From positions 6,469 through 70,468 of the forward strand of contig CAZXWO010000006.1 in the NCBI GenBank assembly GCA_964644565.1: a stretch of 64,000 nt of DNA. The letters run 5' to 3'. The stretch comes from an uncultured Thermoplasmata archaeon. Lineage in GTDB: Archaea; Thermoplasmatota; Thermoplasmata; UBA10834. Every line of letters begins with the position of its first letter. Within the stretch, counting starts at the first letter, position 1. A program made the translations under genes and the position numbers. The notes below the pieces were generated by a model. It saw nothing but the letters and a program-made list of their open reading frames with translations, made no database searches and had not been told where the DNA came from. Positions 9,663-19,827 of the stretch are shown here, piece after piece.

Positions 9663-9896
9663 CTAGAACTTTATTCCCGTCAAGGTCTTGGTGTCGATGA
9701 CGCCTGGGATCGAGCGAACCTTGTCGACAACGACCTGCCCTAGCAGGTTGAAGTCCTCCGCCTCGATCTTGGCGATCAGGTCATACTCTCCGAAGAGAGG
9801 ATGCAACTCCACCACTTCCTTGACCTTCAGGAGCTCGTTGTAGACCTCGTGCTCTTTCGCTGGCGCGGTACTTATCAGTATAAATCCCACGGCCAT
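9663..9896 (-). CDS. stand-alone Lrp/AsnC ligand-binding (RAM) domain protein
   Basis: 77 aa. AVGFILISTAP...EVYNELLKVKEVVELHPLFGEYDLIAKIEAEDFNLLGQVV..KVRSIPGV..T.T pattern. Confidence 0.75.
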   Translation of the reverse strand: MAVGFILISTAPAKEHEVYNELLKVKEVVELHPLFGEYDLIAKIEAEDFNLLGQVVVDKVRSIPGVIDTKTLTGIKF

Positions 9897-10037
9897 CTGG
9901 TGCTCACCGATGCGGTATAATGGGATGTCCTTTGATAAACCTTTCGGGGTTCCAGTCGATGCGCCAGATTTCTGGCACGATGACCTCGGAAGGCCCGAGG
10001 GACGACCTGCTGACGAACGCCCGCGCAGGCGCGCGTA

Positions 10038-10982
10038 TCACACGTGCTTCCTGCGCGCCGCGCGCCTCTGGACCATGTCCCAGCCCGGCAGCGAGCTCTG
10101 CGCGCCAACGCTCTCCACCACGAAGGACGCCGTCGATGCGCCGATCCACGCGCACTCCTCTATCGGGAGGGACTTCGAGAGGCCGGCGTAGAACCCCGCC
10201 CTGAAGCCGTCCCCCGCGCCAGTGGTGTCGACGACCTTGTCAGGCTGGATGCTCCCGACCAGGACGTCGTCGTCCCCGGTCAGGACCCTGCTCCCCTCGC
10301 CGCCCATCGTCACGACGAGCATCTTGACGTAGGACAGCAGTTCCGCGTCCTCCGCGAGGTTCAGGTACTCCTTGGCCCTCCGCAGCTCGGAGGTGTTGAC
10401 GAACAGGCCGTCGCAGTGCTCCAGGACCGCCTCGAACGACTGCGGGGTGTAGACGTAGTGGAGCTCCTGGGCCGGGTCGAAGCACACTGTCTTCTTCTTC
10501 GACTTCGCCCGCTTCGCGACCTTGAGCATGTACGACGGGCGCCCGGTCCCTATGTGGACGAACTTCGACGAGTCGACCGTGTGCGTCCTCACCGGCAGCC
10601 TGTCCTGCTCCAGGACCGCGCCCTGCTCCACGAAGCCGATCTGGTTGTGCCCCGCGTCGGAGACCATGATGACGAATGGGGTCCTCTTCCCCCTGACCCT
10701 GACCACGTCGGTGGTGTCGACCCCGCTCTCCCTGAGCGCGTCCATGAAGTCCTTGGGGAAGTCGTCCCCCACGTGGCTCGACAGGGCCGTGGGCACGCTC
10801 AGCGTCGACGCCATCCTGGCGAGGTTGGCGCCCGTGCCCCCGAAGAGCTCCGTCCTGCCCTTCAGCTCGACGCACGTGTTCGGCTCGGGGAACCGGTCGG
10901 ACGAGTAGATCAGGTCCACGGCGGTGTGGCCGTAGACGCCGAGGAAGTTGTTCTTGCGCAAGCGATGCTCCCCTCTGCCCAT
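10038..10982 (-). CDS. PfkB-family carbohydrate/nucleoside kinase (adenosine-kinase-like by context)
   Basis: PfkB signature DTTGAGDGFRAGF and GGTGANLA. It lies immediately downstream of ahcY. Confidence 0.8.
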   Translation of the reverse strand: MGRGEHRLRKNNFLGVYGHTAVDLIYSSDRFPEPNTCVELKGRTELFGGTGANLARMASTLSVPTALSSHVGDDFPKDFMDALRESGVDTTDVVRVRGKRTPFVIMVSDAGHNQIGFVEQGAVLEQDRLPVRTHTVDSSKFVHIGTGRPSYMLKVAKRAKSKKKTVCFDPAQELHYVYTPQSFEAVLEHCDGLFVNTSELRRAKEYLNLAEDAELLSYVKMLVVTMGGEGSRVLTGDDDVLVGSIQPDKVVDTTGAGDGFRAGFYAGLSKSLPIEECAWIGASTASFVVESVGAQSSLPGWDMVQRRAARRKHV

Positions 10983-11049
10983 CCCGTATCGGCCCCGTCG
11001 TACTTGAAAAGTCGGATGGCGGGGCGCCAGGTGGACGCGGCCCGCGGGC

Positions 11050-12312
11050 CTAGGTCCCCTCGCGCCAGCTCCTGACGTAGGCCTGCTGCTCCTTCGAGAG
11101 CTTGTCGATCTTGACGCCCATGGTCTGCAGCTTCAGCCTCGCCACCTGCTCGTCGAGGTGGTCCGGGACGTCGTACACGTCGGGCTCGAGGGTCTGCGCG
11201 CTGAAGTCCAGGTACTCCAGGCACAGGGCCTGTATCGCGAAGCTCATGTCCATGATCTCCACTGGGTGGCCCTGGCCCGCTGCGAGGTTCACCAGCCTGC
11301 CCTCCGCGAGCAGGTACACCTTCCTGCCGTCCCTAAACACGAACTCCTCGACCGACTCCCGCACCTTGGAGTGGCGCTTGGAGAGCTTGAGGAGGGCCTC
11401 CTTCGAGATCTCGTTGTCGAAGTGCCCGGAGTTGGCGAGGACGCACCCGTCCTTCATGGCCTTGAAGTCCTCGGCGGTGACGACATCCTTGCACCCCGTC
11501 GCCGAGATGACTATGTCGGCGTCCCTCACGGCCCGGGACATGGGCATGACCGCGTACCCGTCGAGCTTGGCCTCGATGGCCCTCACGGGGTCCACCTCGC
11601 AGACCGTGACGTCCGCGCCCATCCCCTTCGCGCGCATGGCGATCCCGCGGCCGCACCAGCCGTACCCCGCGACGACGAAGTTCTTCCCCGCTATGACCAG
11701 GTTCGTGGAGTTCATGAACCCGTCCATGGTGGACTGGCCCGTGCCGTACCTGTTGTCAAAAAGATACTTCATGTATGCGTCGTTGACGGACATTACGGGG
11801 AACTTGAGGGCGCCCTGCTGCGCCATGGACCTAAGGCGCATGACCCCGGTCGTGGTCTCCTCGTTGGCGCCCTTGACCTTCGGCAGGAGCTCCTTCCGCT
11901 TCGTGTGCAGGAGGAAGATCAGGTCCGCGCCGTCGTCTATCACGTAGTCCGGGGACATGTCCAGGACCTTGTTCAGCGACCTGTAGTAGTCCTTATTGTT
12001 CTGGCCCTTCTTCGCGTACGTAGTGAGCCCGTACTCCTCGTTCAGGGCGAGCGCGACCGAGTCGTCCGTGGACAGGGGGTTGCAGCTGGTCAGCCGCACC
12101 TCGGCCCCGGCCTCCTGGATCGTCAGCGCGAGCACGGCGGTCTTGGCCTCCGTGTGCAACGCCATCCCGACCTTCAGGCCCTCGAACGCCTTCTCCTTGA
12201 CCATCCGGGACCTTATGCTCTCGAGGACCTTCATGTGGGTCCTCGCCCATTCGATGCGCCTCACGCCCTTCTCGACCAGTTCCTTGTTGGCCATGCTACC
12301 TGCCGGACGCAT
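11050..12312 (-). CDS. ahcY: adenosylhomocysteinase
   Basis: SCNPLSTDD, the NAD-binding motif VAGYGWCGRGIA and HFDNEI. Confidence 0.95.
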   Translation of the reverse strand: MRPAGSMANKELVEKGVRRIEWARTHMKVLESIRSRMVKEKAFEGLKVGMALHTEAKTAVLALTIQEAGAEVRLTSCNPLSTDDSVALALNEEYGLTTYAKKGQNNKDYYRSLNKVLDMSPDYVIDDGADLIFLLHTKRKELLPKVKGANEETTTGVMRLRSMAQQGALKFPVMSVNDAYMKYLFDNRYGTGQSTMDGFMNSTNLVIAGKNFVVAGYGWCGRGIAMRAKGMGADVTVCEVDPVRAIEAKLDGYAVMPMSRAVRDADIVISATGCKDVVTAEDFKAMKDGCVLANSGHFDNEISKEALLKLSKRHSKVRESVEEFVFRDGRKVYLLAEGRLVNLAAGQGHPVEIMDMSFAIQALCLEYLDFSAQTLEPDVYDVPDHLDEQVARLKLQTMGVKIDKLSKEQQAYVRSWREGT

Positions 12313-12365
12313 CGAGTGCTAACCTAATACAGTTGTTGGTACCACAATCGCACAGGCTGGGGCCG

Positions 12366-13109
12366 TCACAGCTTGTCCAGGTTGCGCATCATCACGGCCA
12401 TGACCTGGGCCAGGTTCTCGTCGCGCGAGTAGTCCGCCAGGGCCTTCGCCCTCGCGTCCGGGTCGTCCCCGAGGTCCTCGACCTGCCTGACGATCTCCGG
12501 CAGGGCCTTGGTGACCTCGTCGACCACGGCGACGGCCGCGTTCCTGGACGTCCTGGACATGGGGTTCAGGTCGACCGCGATGGTCCTCTTGCCCATGCGC
12601 GCGAGGGCCTCGGCCCTGTCGCCGTCCTCGAGGGGTATGAGGACGACATCCGCCGCGAATATGCCCTCGCTGGAGCAGAGCCCGCGCATGCTCTCGAGCC
12701 CCGGTATCCTCGCGTCCGGGAGGAAGCCGAGGACGTCCTTCGCACCGTGCCTCTCCAGCCGGGACGCGATCTTCGACACGCGGTCGTCGCTCCTGTGGAA
12801 CAGGCCGACCTCGACCCTCGCCCCCGATGCCTCCGCGAGCTCGGCGACCTCCCTGGGGCACAGGGCGGCGACGTTGCCGTTCACCGATATCACCGGCCTC
12901 TCTGCCCCGAGCAGGAGCGCGGCGGCGGCCTTCGCGGCGGCCCTGGCCTCCTTCGTGGTCCTCTCGCCGAGGAGGTAGTAGAACATCTCGCCCCTGCCGT
13001 GCGCGATCAGCCCCTGCGGGACGACCAGCCCCTCGTTGAAACCCTGCACGAGCCTCTCCCTGAGCTCCAGGGAGGCATAGCGAGGATGTGTCTTGGGAAT
13101 GTCAGACAT
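12366..13109 (-). CDS. 4-phosphopantoate--beta-alanine ligase (archaeal phosphopantothenate synthetase, DUF137/COG1701)
   Basis: HPRYASLELRE.L..G...G.V...GLIAHGRGE.FYYLLGE...VISVNGNVAAL...AVDLNPMSRTS pattern. ATG at 13109. The longer track ORF adds an implausible AT-rich N-terminus. Confidence 0.75.
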   Translation of the reverse strand: MSDIPKTHPRYASLELRERLVQGFNEGLVVPQGLIAHGRGEMFYYLLGERTTKEARAAAKAAAALLLGAERPVISVNGNVAALCPREVAELAEASGARVEVGLFHRSDDRVSKIASRLERHGAKDVLGFLPDARIPGLESMRGLCSSEGIFAADVVLIPLEDGDRAEALARMGKRTIAVDLNPMSRTSRNAAVAVVDEVTKALPEIVRQVEDLGDDPDARAKALADYSRDENLAQVMAVMMRNLDKL

Positions 13110-13262
13110 GGTATCTTTTCTCACGCGCGGACGCCTTATAGATGGGGCTCCCCGCGACGACCTGGAAGGATGCTCAAACCTTATATACCTTGAGAAAAAC
13201 ATTATATATAACATTGTACATAGGGCGCTCAACAAAAGTTATAAAAATGATTCGGTGAGACG

Positions 13263-13523
13263 GTGCAGCTTCTAGGCGTGGTTCAGGACATATCGCACGA
13301 CGGGAGGCTCATCGTCAAAGCGCGGTTCGCACCGGTCATGAAATCGCTAGTTAGGGACAACGTCAAGGGGGAGGTCGGAAGAGTCGTGAAGGTGTTCGGA
13401 CCGGCCCGAGCGCCCTACGTTGCCATCGAACCGAGGAAGGAGATGCGGACCCTTGCTGTGCTCGGCAAGGAGGTCTACGTCGAACAGGAGAGGTACCATG
13501 GCAAAAGTAAGAGAGGAGACTGA
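13263..13523 (+). CDS. gar1: H/ACA RNP protein Gar1
   Basis: [17 protein letters not shown]...G.V..VFGP...PYV.I beta-barrel pattern. The position directly upstream of tfb is conserved. GTG start. Confidence 0.7.
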   Translation: MQLLGVVQDISHDGRLIVKARFAPVMKSLVRDNVKGEVGRVVKVFGPARAPYVAIEPRKEMRTLAVLGKEVYVEQERYHGKSKRGD

Positions 13524-14430
13524 GCAGATCGAGAGATGCCCTGAGTGCAACAGCGCCCACCTGGTGAGGGACTACGAGCGAGGAGAGCTCGTCTGCGAGG
13601 ACTGCGGCATAGTCCTCGACGACCAGCTGATAGACCAGGGCCCCGAATGGAGGGCCTTCGATGTGGAGCAGGGGGAGAAGCGCGCGAGGACCGGCGCACC
13701 CATGACCTACACGATACACGACAAGGGTCTGTCCACCGAGATCTCCTGGAAGAACAAGGACTCGTACGGGAAGAGCATCCCGACGAGGAACAGGGCGCAG
13801 CTGTACCGTCTCAGGAAGTGGCAGCGCAGGATAAGGGTCTCGAACGCCACGGAGAGGAACCTGGCCTTCGCGCTCAGCGAGCTGGACAGGATGGCGTCTT
13901 CCATGGGCCTCCCGAGGAACGTGAGGGAGACGGCGGCCATGACCTACAGGAAGGCCGTGAACAAGAACCTCATCAGGGGCAGGAGCATAGAGGGCGTCGT
14001 CGCGGCGTCGCTGTACGCGGCCTGCAGGCAGTGCAACGTGCCCAGGACCCTGGACGAGGTCGCGAACTCCTCGAGGGTCGGCAGGAAGGAGATCGGCAGG
14101 ACCTACAGGTTCATGACGCGCGAGCTCAAGCTCAAGTTGATGCCGACGAAGCCCCAGGACTACGTGTCCAGGTTCTGCTCGGAGCTGAAGCTCTCCGGCG
14201 AGGTCCAGTCCAAGGCCACCGAGATACTGAAGGACGCCGCCAAGAAGGAGCTCACCTCCGGGAGGGGGCCGACGGGCGTCGCCGCGGCCGCGATATACAT
14301 CTCCAGCATCCTGTGCAACGAGCGCAGGACGCAGAGGGAGGTCGCGGACATAGCGGGCGTCACAGAGGTCACCATCAGGAACCGCTACAAGGAGCTCACC
14401 GAGAAGCTGGGCATAGAGGTCCAGCTCTGA
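13498..14430 (+). CDS. tfb: transcription initiation factor IIB (TFB)
   Basis: Zn ribbon CPECNS...CEDCG, B-finger/linker and two cyclin repeats. ATG at 13498 overlaps the gar1 3' end. Confidence 0.95.
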   Translation: MAKVREETEQIERCPECNSAHLVRDYERGELVCEDCGIVLDDQLIDQGPEWRAFDVEQGEKRARTGAPMTYTIHDKGLSTEISWKNKDSYGKSIPTRNRAQLYRLRKWQRRIRVSNATERNLAFALSELDRMASSMGLPRNVRETAAMTYRKAVNKNLIRGRSIEGVVAASLYAACRQCNVPRTLDEVANSSRVGRKEIGRTYRFMTRELKLKLMPTKPQDYVSRFCSELKLSGEVQSKATEILKDAAKKELTSGRGPTGVAAAAIYISSILCNERRTQREVADIAGVTEVTIRNRYKELTEKLGIEVQL

Positions 14431-14561
14431 GCGCCCGTGAAATCCGTTCCCCCAAATCCCTTCCTTCTGTTTATCCCCGCCCAGCCCTGGCGCCCTGGAG
14501 CCTGACGGTAGAGAGGACATGTTTTTAAGGCCCGCGGACTTTAGCCGGGACGGGGAGAACA

Positions 14562-15572
14562 TTGATCAGGATCGGGGTCAACGGATTCGGAAGGATAGGA
14601 AGGAACGTCTACAGGGCCGCGCTCGAGAGCGGGCGCATGGGCAAGGACTTCGAGATAGTCGCGGTCAACGACATAGTCCCTGTCGACACACTCTCACACC
14701 TGCTCAAGTACGACTCGGTCTACGGCAAGCTCAACATCGAGTGCAGGGCGGACGGGACCGGCGTGAAGGTCGGCCCCCACAGGTTCGAGGCGACCCAGTG
14801 CAGGGACCCTGCCGAGATACCCTGGGGCAAGCTTGGCGCGGACGTCGTCATCGAGTCCACCGGCCTGTTCACCGAGAGGGAGAAGGCGGCGAAGCACCTG
14901 GCCGCGGGCGCGCGCAAGGTGGTCATATCCGCCCCCGCCAAGGGCCCGGACGTCACCGTCGTCCTGGGCGTGAACTTCGAGATGTACGACAAGTCGAAGC
15001 ACGACGTCATATCCATGGCGTCCTGCACGACCGGCAGCCTCGCCCCGCCGGCGAAGGTCATCAACGACAGGTTCGGGATCGAGATGGGCATGATGACCAC
15101 GATACACGCATACACCGGCGACCAGAGGCTGGTCGACACGCCCCACAAGGACCTCAGGCGCGCCAGGGCGGCGGCGCTGTCCATCATCCCGACGTCCACC
15201 GGCGCGGCCAAGGCGATCGGTGAGGTCATCCCGGCGCTCAAGGGCCGCATGAACGGCATGGCCCTCAGGGTCCCGACGCCCGTCGGCTCCGTGACCGACC
15301 TGAGCTTCACGACCAGGGACGAGGTCGCGGCCGAGGACATCAACGGGGCGCTGAAGGAGGCCGCGGAGGGCCCGATGAGGGGCATCATGGAGTACTGCAC
15401 CGACCCGATCGTCTCCTCGGACGTCGTGGGCAACACCCACTCGAGCGTCGTCGACTCCCTGTCCACCATGGTCATGGGCGGCAGGGGGAGGTTCGCGAAG
15501 ATCCTCTCGTGGTACGACAACGAGTGGGGCTACGCGAACAGGCTCGTCGACCTGGCCCCGAGGCTGCTCTGA
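14562..15572 (+). CDS. gap: glyceraldehyde-3-phosphate dehydrogenase, class I (bacterial/eukaryal type)
   Basis: IGVNGFGRIGRNV Rossmann N-terminus, catalytic SCTTGSLAP, and WYDNEWGYANRLVDL C-terminus. TTG start. Confidence 0.9.
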   Translation: MIRIGVNGFGRIGRNVYRAALESGRMGKDFEIVAVNDIVPVDTLSHLLKYDSVYGKLNIECRADGTGVKVGPHRFEATQCRDPAEIPWGKLGADVVIESTGLFTEREKAAKHLAAGARKVVISAPAKGPDVTVVLGVNFEMYDKSKHDVISMASCTTGSLAPPAKVINDRFGIEMGMMTTIHAYTGDQRLVDTPHKDLRRARAAALSIIPTSTGAAKAIGEVIPALKGRMNGMALRVPTPVGSVTDLSFTTRDEVAAEDINGALKEAAEGPMRGIMEYCTDPIVSSDVVGNTHSSVVDSLSTMVMGGRGRFAKILSWYDNEWGYANRLVDLAPRLL

Positions 15573-15608
15573 CCCGGGCTTCCCAGGGATACCGTTAACT
15601 AGGGCCGC

Positions 15609-15785
15609 ATGGCTAGTACGCATGCCATGGTCTCGTGCTACGGCTGCGACCGCTTCGGAACCGACTGCAGGGGCATAGTCCCTCCCATCGAGTTCCGGGA
15701 CACCATCAACGAGTACTGCAGGCTCTTCAAGGCGCACTCCTGGCAGGAAGAACTCTACAAGCCGGGCATGAGCTCCAGGATATGA
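15609..15785 (+). CDS. candidate small Cys-containing protein (58 aa), unannotated in the ORF track
   Basis: My translation: MASTHAMVSCYGCDRFGTDCRGIVPPIEFRDTINEYCRLFKAHSWQEELYKPGMSSRI. It is GC3-rich and fills the gap between gap and endA. Confidence 0.35.
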   Translation: MASTHAMVSCYGCDRFGTDCRGIVPPIEFRDTINEYCRLFKAHSWQEELYKPGMSSRI

Positions 15786-16844
15786 TCAAGGCCTGAACCG
15801 GCTCAGGCCGACGTACTCCACATCCTTCTTCTTGACGCGCCCGAGGAGGATCTCCTTCTTGACGCCGTGGGCGAGCCTGACCGCGCGGCTGACCTCCGGC
15901 CACATCGCCGTGTAGGCCTCCGGGACCGCGTGCACCAGATAGCGCGCGTGCGACTTGTCCGGGTCCCCCTCGTACGCCCTGAAGTGCGAGCCGTACTTGA
16001 AGCCCGTCTTGACAACCATGCCCTTCCCCTTCATGTCCTTGAAGGCGCTGAGCCTGAGGTCGAAGTCCGGCTGGACGGCCCTCGCGCGCTTCTTCAGCGC
16101 CGGCAGGCCGACCGGCTTGTCCGTCTTCGCATCCCTGAGCTTCAGCGCCCCCATCTCGACCAGGAACGACGCCTCTATGAGCGACAGCTGCAGGGCCGGC
16201 CCGATCATCTTTCCGAAGTAGTGGCCCCCGTGCAGCGCCGCGGCGGACGCCTCGTCGTCGACCATCACCCTGTCGGCCATAACATGCGCCTCGTGCTCCG
16301 TGCTCAGGTCGACGGCCCCGAGCCGCCCCTTCGGGATGACACGCTTGACCTCGTAGTACGTCACGTCGCTCTCCTCGTCCACCACGGCGAGGAGAAGCCC
16401 CTTCCTGACATCCGACGTGCGGTCCAGGTGTTCGAGGAGCGCGCCCAGGTCGAACGTGGATCGTTCGGATATCGCCGCGACCCACCACCTGCTGGGCGTC
16501 TTGTTAGGGGACCCGCCCCTCGGGAAGACCCTGAAGTCCAGGGGGGGCGAGCTGGCCTTGACGATGTAGCCGCGCTGACGCATCTCCCTGTAGACGAGGT
16601 ACCTCACCTCGAACCCGTCGGAGGTGCGGTGCCCCTTCCGGAGGAGGGCGCCGGCAGAAAGGACAGCGCCGCCCTCCCCGAGGACCTCGAGGCGCTCCGC
16701 CTCTACGAGGTACGTCGCCTCCATGAGGTCCAGCTTGATGGCGCCGCCGGACTGGGGCGACCCGTAGGAGCCCTTGTTGTGTATCTGGCTGGCCTCCGCT
16801 GGGTCCGCTACGATGACCGACTCGCCGGCCAACTTCCCGCTCAT
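15786..16844 (-). CDS. endA: tRNA-splicing endonuclease, duplicated (alpha'2-type) form
   Basis: 352 aa with two tandem EndA-like halves. The C-terminal catalytic half carries VKTGFKYGSHFRAYEGDP...HARYLVH. Confidence 0.85.
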   Translation of the reverse strand: MSGKLAGESVIVADPAEASQIHNKGSYGSPQSGGAIKLDLMEATYLVEAERLEVLGEGGAVLSAGALLRKGHRTSDGFEVRYLVYREMRQRGYIVKASSPPLDFRVFPRGGSPNKTPSRWWVAAISERSTFDLGALLEHLDRTSDVRKGLLLAVVDEESDVTYYEVKRVIPKGRLGAVDLSTEHEAHVMADRVMVDDEASAAALHGGHYFGKMIGPALQLSLIEASFLVEMGALKLRDAKTDKPVGLPALKKRARAVQPDFDLRLSAFKDMKGKGMVVKTGFKYGSHFRAYEGDPDKSHARYLVHAVPEAYTAMWPEVSRAVRLAHGVKKEILLGRVKKKDVEYVGLSRFRP

Positions 16845-17040
16845 CCAGCGAGCATATCACCGTTCGGTATAATTAGTTCTCCACGGGCGCCGGGCCACCG
16901 CAGGCAGGCCGGCGGGCACCGCCAGGACCCGGCTGCCCAGGACGGGACCCCAAAACACATCGCAGTAAAGATTATATAGAAGCGCAAACATATTCGAAAC
17001 CCTAGCCTGCAAAGGCGAGACGGACGGAGGTGAAGAAAGC

Positions 17041-17544
17041 ATGATCCGAAGGAGAGACAAGAAGGAGGGCATGGTGCCGAGGGATTACTGGGGCCAGACG
17101 TGGACCAGCCCGTGGACCATGCTGAACGACATGGACAGGGTCTTCGACGACTTCAGGTCCGAGTGGGAGAACATGTTCCTCGCGCCTAGGTCCCCCGGGG
17201 CCGAGATGGTGAGGCAGCCGCTCGTGGACCTCGCCGACAACGGCAAGGAGTACCTCGTCAAGGCTGAGATCCCAGGGATAAGCAAGGACGACCTCAGGAT
17301 AGAGGTCGCCCAGGACAGCCTCGAGATATCAGGGGAGACGAGCGTCGAGGAGAAGGAGGAGGACAAGGAGACCGGCTATATCCGCAGGGAGAGGAGGTAC
17401 TCCAGGTTCTACAGGGCTCTCCCTCTCCCGGAGAACGTCCTCACCGACAAGGTGGAGGCGGAGCTCAAGGACGGGGTTCTGACCATCACACTGCCCAAGG
17501 CGGCCCCTCCGGAGAAGAAGACCAAGAAGGTCCCTGTCAAGTGA
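17041..17544 (+). CDS. hsp20: Hsp20/alpha-crystallin small heat-shock protein
   Basis: Alpha-crystallin domain: VDLADNGKEYLVKAEIPG...F.R...LP..V......AELKDGVLTITLPK. Confidence 0.9.
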   Translation: MIRRRDKKEGMVPRDYWGQTWTSPWTMLNDMDRVFDDFRSEWENMFLAPRSPGAEMVRQPLVDLADNGKEYLVKAEIPGISKDDLRIEVAQDSLEISGETSVEEKEEDKETGYIRRERRYSRFYRALPLPENVLTDKVEAELKDGVLTITLPKAAPPEKKTKKVPVK

Positions 17545-17618
17545 GGCCGCGGCAACCCCGCGGCCCCTGAAACCCATTACCATTTCGATCACAGCCGAAC
17601 CAGGGTCCATATCACAAG

Positions 17619-19808
17619 GTGTCACAGATGTCCAGCAAGGAGAAGATACTCAGGGTTGTCCAGGCCAAGACGGCCGACGACGGGAAGGGCATAGCCAGGG
17701 TCGACCCGGCCCTCATGAGGATACTCAAGCTCAACCAGGGCGACACGGTCATGATAGAGGGGACGAGGTCCACGGCCGTCACCGTCTACACTGGGTACCC
17801 CGAGGACGAGAACCGGGGCACTATACGCATAGACGGCGTCACCAGGAAGAACGCCGGAGTCGGCCTGGACGAGAAGATCTCGATCCGGGGCATCGTGCCC
17901 AAACCAGCGACCAAGGTCACCCTGGCGCCCACTCAGCAGCTGAAGCTCCTGGGCGGGGAGGAGTACCTCTCCCAGAACCTCGAGGGGCGCCCCGTCGTCA
18001 AGGGAGACCTCATAGAGGTCAGCGTCATGGGCCGCAAGTTCACCCTCGTGGTCCAGGGCTTCCAGCCCTCTGGCGAGGCGGCAGTCATCCAGAACTTCAC
18101 GCAGGTCAAGCTCAGCGAGAAGCCCGCGAAGGAGGAGGTCGCCAAGGGCCCCAAGGTGGCCTACGAGGACATAGGCGGCCTCAAGGACGAGGTCAACAAG
18201 GTCAGGGAGATGATCGAGCTGCCCCTCCGGCACCCGGAGCTGTTCGAGAAGCTCGGGGTCGAGGCCCCCAAGGGCGTGCTGCTCCACGGACCACCTGGCA
18301 CCGGCAAGACCCTCCTCGCGAAGGCGGTGGCGTCCGAGACCAGCGCCACGTTCACGTCCATAGGCGGCCCCGAGATCATGAGCAAGTTCTACGGCGAGAG
18401 CGAGGAGCGCCTCAGGGACATCTTCAAGGAGGCCGCGGAGAACGCCCCCAGCATCATATTCATAGACGAGATAGACTCCATCGCCCCGAAGAGGGACGAG
18501 GTCACCGCCGAGACGGAGAGGCGCATCGTGGCGCAGCTCCTGGCCCTCATGGACGGGCTGGAGGGCAGGGGCAAGGTCGTCGTCATAGGCGCGACCAACA
18601 GGCCCAACGCCCTCGACCCGGCGATACGAAGGCCTGGCAGGTTCGACAGGGAGATCGAGATCGGCATACCGGACAGGGACGGCCGGCTCGAGATACTCCA
18701 GATCCACACCAAGGGCATGCCGCTCTCGGAGGACGTCGACATGGACAAACTCGCCTCGATGACCCATGGGTACGTGGGCGCGGACCTCGCTTCGCTCGCG
18801 AGGGAGGCGGCCATGCGGGCCCTGAGGAAGGTCCTGCCGTCGATAGACCTGGAGGCCGAGTCGATCCCGGCCGAGGTGCTCAACGAGCTGAGGGTCGGGA
18901 TGGACGACTTCATGGCCGCGTACAGGGAGGTGCAGCCCTCGACCCTCAGGGAGGTCCTGCTCGAGGCGCCGAACGTCAAGTGGGAGGACATCGGCGGCCT
19001 CGAGGGCCCGAAGCAGGAGCTCATGGAGTCGGTCGAGTGGCCCCTCAAGTACGCCAACCTGTTCAAGCACATGGGCGCCACCCCTCCCAAGGGGCTCCTG
19101 CTCTACGGCCCGCCCGGGACTGGCAAGACCCTCCTCGCCAAGGCGGTCGCGACCGAGAGCGAGGCCAACTTCATCAGCGTCAAGGGCCCGGAGTTCCTCT
19201 CGAAGTGGGTCGGGGAGAGCGAGAAGGCCGTGCGCGAGACCTTCAGGAAGGCGAGGCAGGCCGCGCCTTGCGTCATATTCCTGGACGAGATAGACGCCAT
19301 CGCCCCCGTGAGGGGCACCTCGTCCGACTCGGGCGTCACGGAGCGCGTCATCAGCCAGATACTCACGGAGATGGACGGGCTCGAGACCCTGCACAACGTG
19401 GTCGTCATAGCGGCCACCAACAGGCCGGACATCATGGACCCGGCGCTCCTCCGCCCGGGCAGGTTCGACAGGCTGGTCTACGTGCCCCCGCCCGACCTGG
19501 CAGCCAGGAAGGAGATACTCAGGATACACACAAAGGGTAAACCCTTGGACGGGGATGTGGACCTGGACAAGCTGGCCACGAAGATGGACAAGTACACCGG
19601 CGCGGAGATAGCCGCCGTGTGCAACGAGGCCGTGATGCTCGCCATCAGGGACTACGTCCTCGATGGAGGGGACCTGGACGAGGAGGCCGTCAAGGCGCGC
19701 AAGGTCGGCATGAAGTACTTCGAGAAGGCCATGGAGAACGTCGAACCCATGAGCGAGAACGATCTTAGGCGTTACGAGAAGCTCTCGCCCAACGCGATGT
19801 ACAGATGA
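17619..19808 (+). CDS. cdc48: CDC48/VCP-type AAA+ ATPase (VAT homologue)
   Basis: N-domain (ARVDP..M..L....GD.V.IEG) followed by two AAA modules, each with [15 protein letters not shown]. Confidence 0.95.
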   Translation: MSQMSSKEKILRVVQAKTADDGKGIARVDPALMRILKLNQGDTVMIEGTRSTAVTVYTGYPEDENRGTIRIDGVTRKNAGVGLDEKISIRGIVPKPATKVTLAPTQQLKLLGGEEYLSQNLEGRPVVKGDLIEVSVMGRKFTLVVQGFQPSGEAAVIQNFTQVKLSEKPAKEEVAKGPKVAYEDIGGLKDEVNKVREMIELPLRHPELFEKLGVEAPKGVLLHGPPGTGKTLLAKAVASETSATFTSIGGPEIMSKFYGESEERLRDIFKEAAENAPSIIFIDEIDSIAPKRDEVTAETERRIVAQLLALMDGLEGRGKVVVIGATNRPNALDPAIRRPGRFDREIEIGIPDRDGRLEILQIHTKGMPLSEDVDMDKLASMTHGYVGADLASLAREAAMRALRKVLPSIDLEAESIPAEVLNELRVGMDDFMAAYREVQPSTLREVLLEAPNVKWEDIGGLEGPKQELMESVEWPLKYANLFKHMGATPPKGLLLYGPPGTGKTLLAKAVATESEANFISVKGPEFLSKWVGESEKAVRETFRKARQAAPCVIFLDEIDAIAPVRGTSSDSGVTERVISQILTEMDGLETLHNVVVIAATNRPDIMDPALLRPGRFDRLVYVPPPDLAARKEILRIHTKGKPLDGDVDLDKLATKMDKYTGAEIAAVCNEAVMLAIRDYVLDGGDLDEEAVKARKVGMKYFEKAMENVEPMSENDLRRYEKLSPNAMYR

Positions 19809-19827
19809 TCCAGGGGTTGAACGGGGC

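Noticed and set aside
9897-10037. 141-nt spacer between the PfkB kinase and the AsnC-RAM gene, considered for an ncRNA or small ORF
   Set aside because: It contains only a TATA-like element (reverse strand CATTATAC, about 25 nt from ATG 9896). The track ORFs here (9910-10191, 9920-10204) are out-of-frame antisense readings into the kinase gene. No convincing structure or coding bias was seen.
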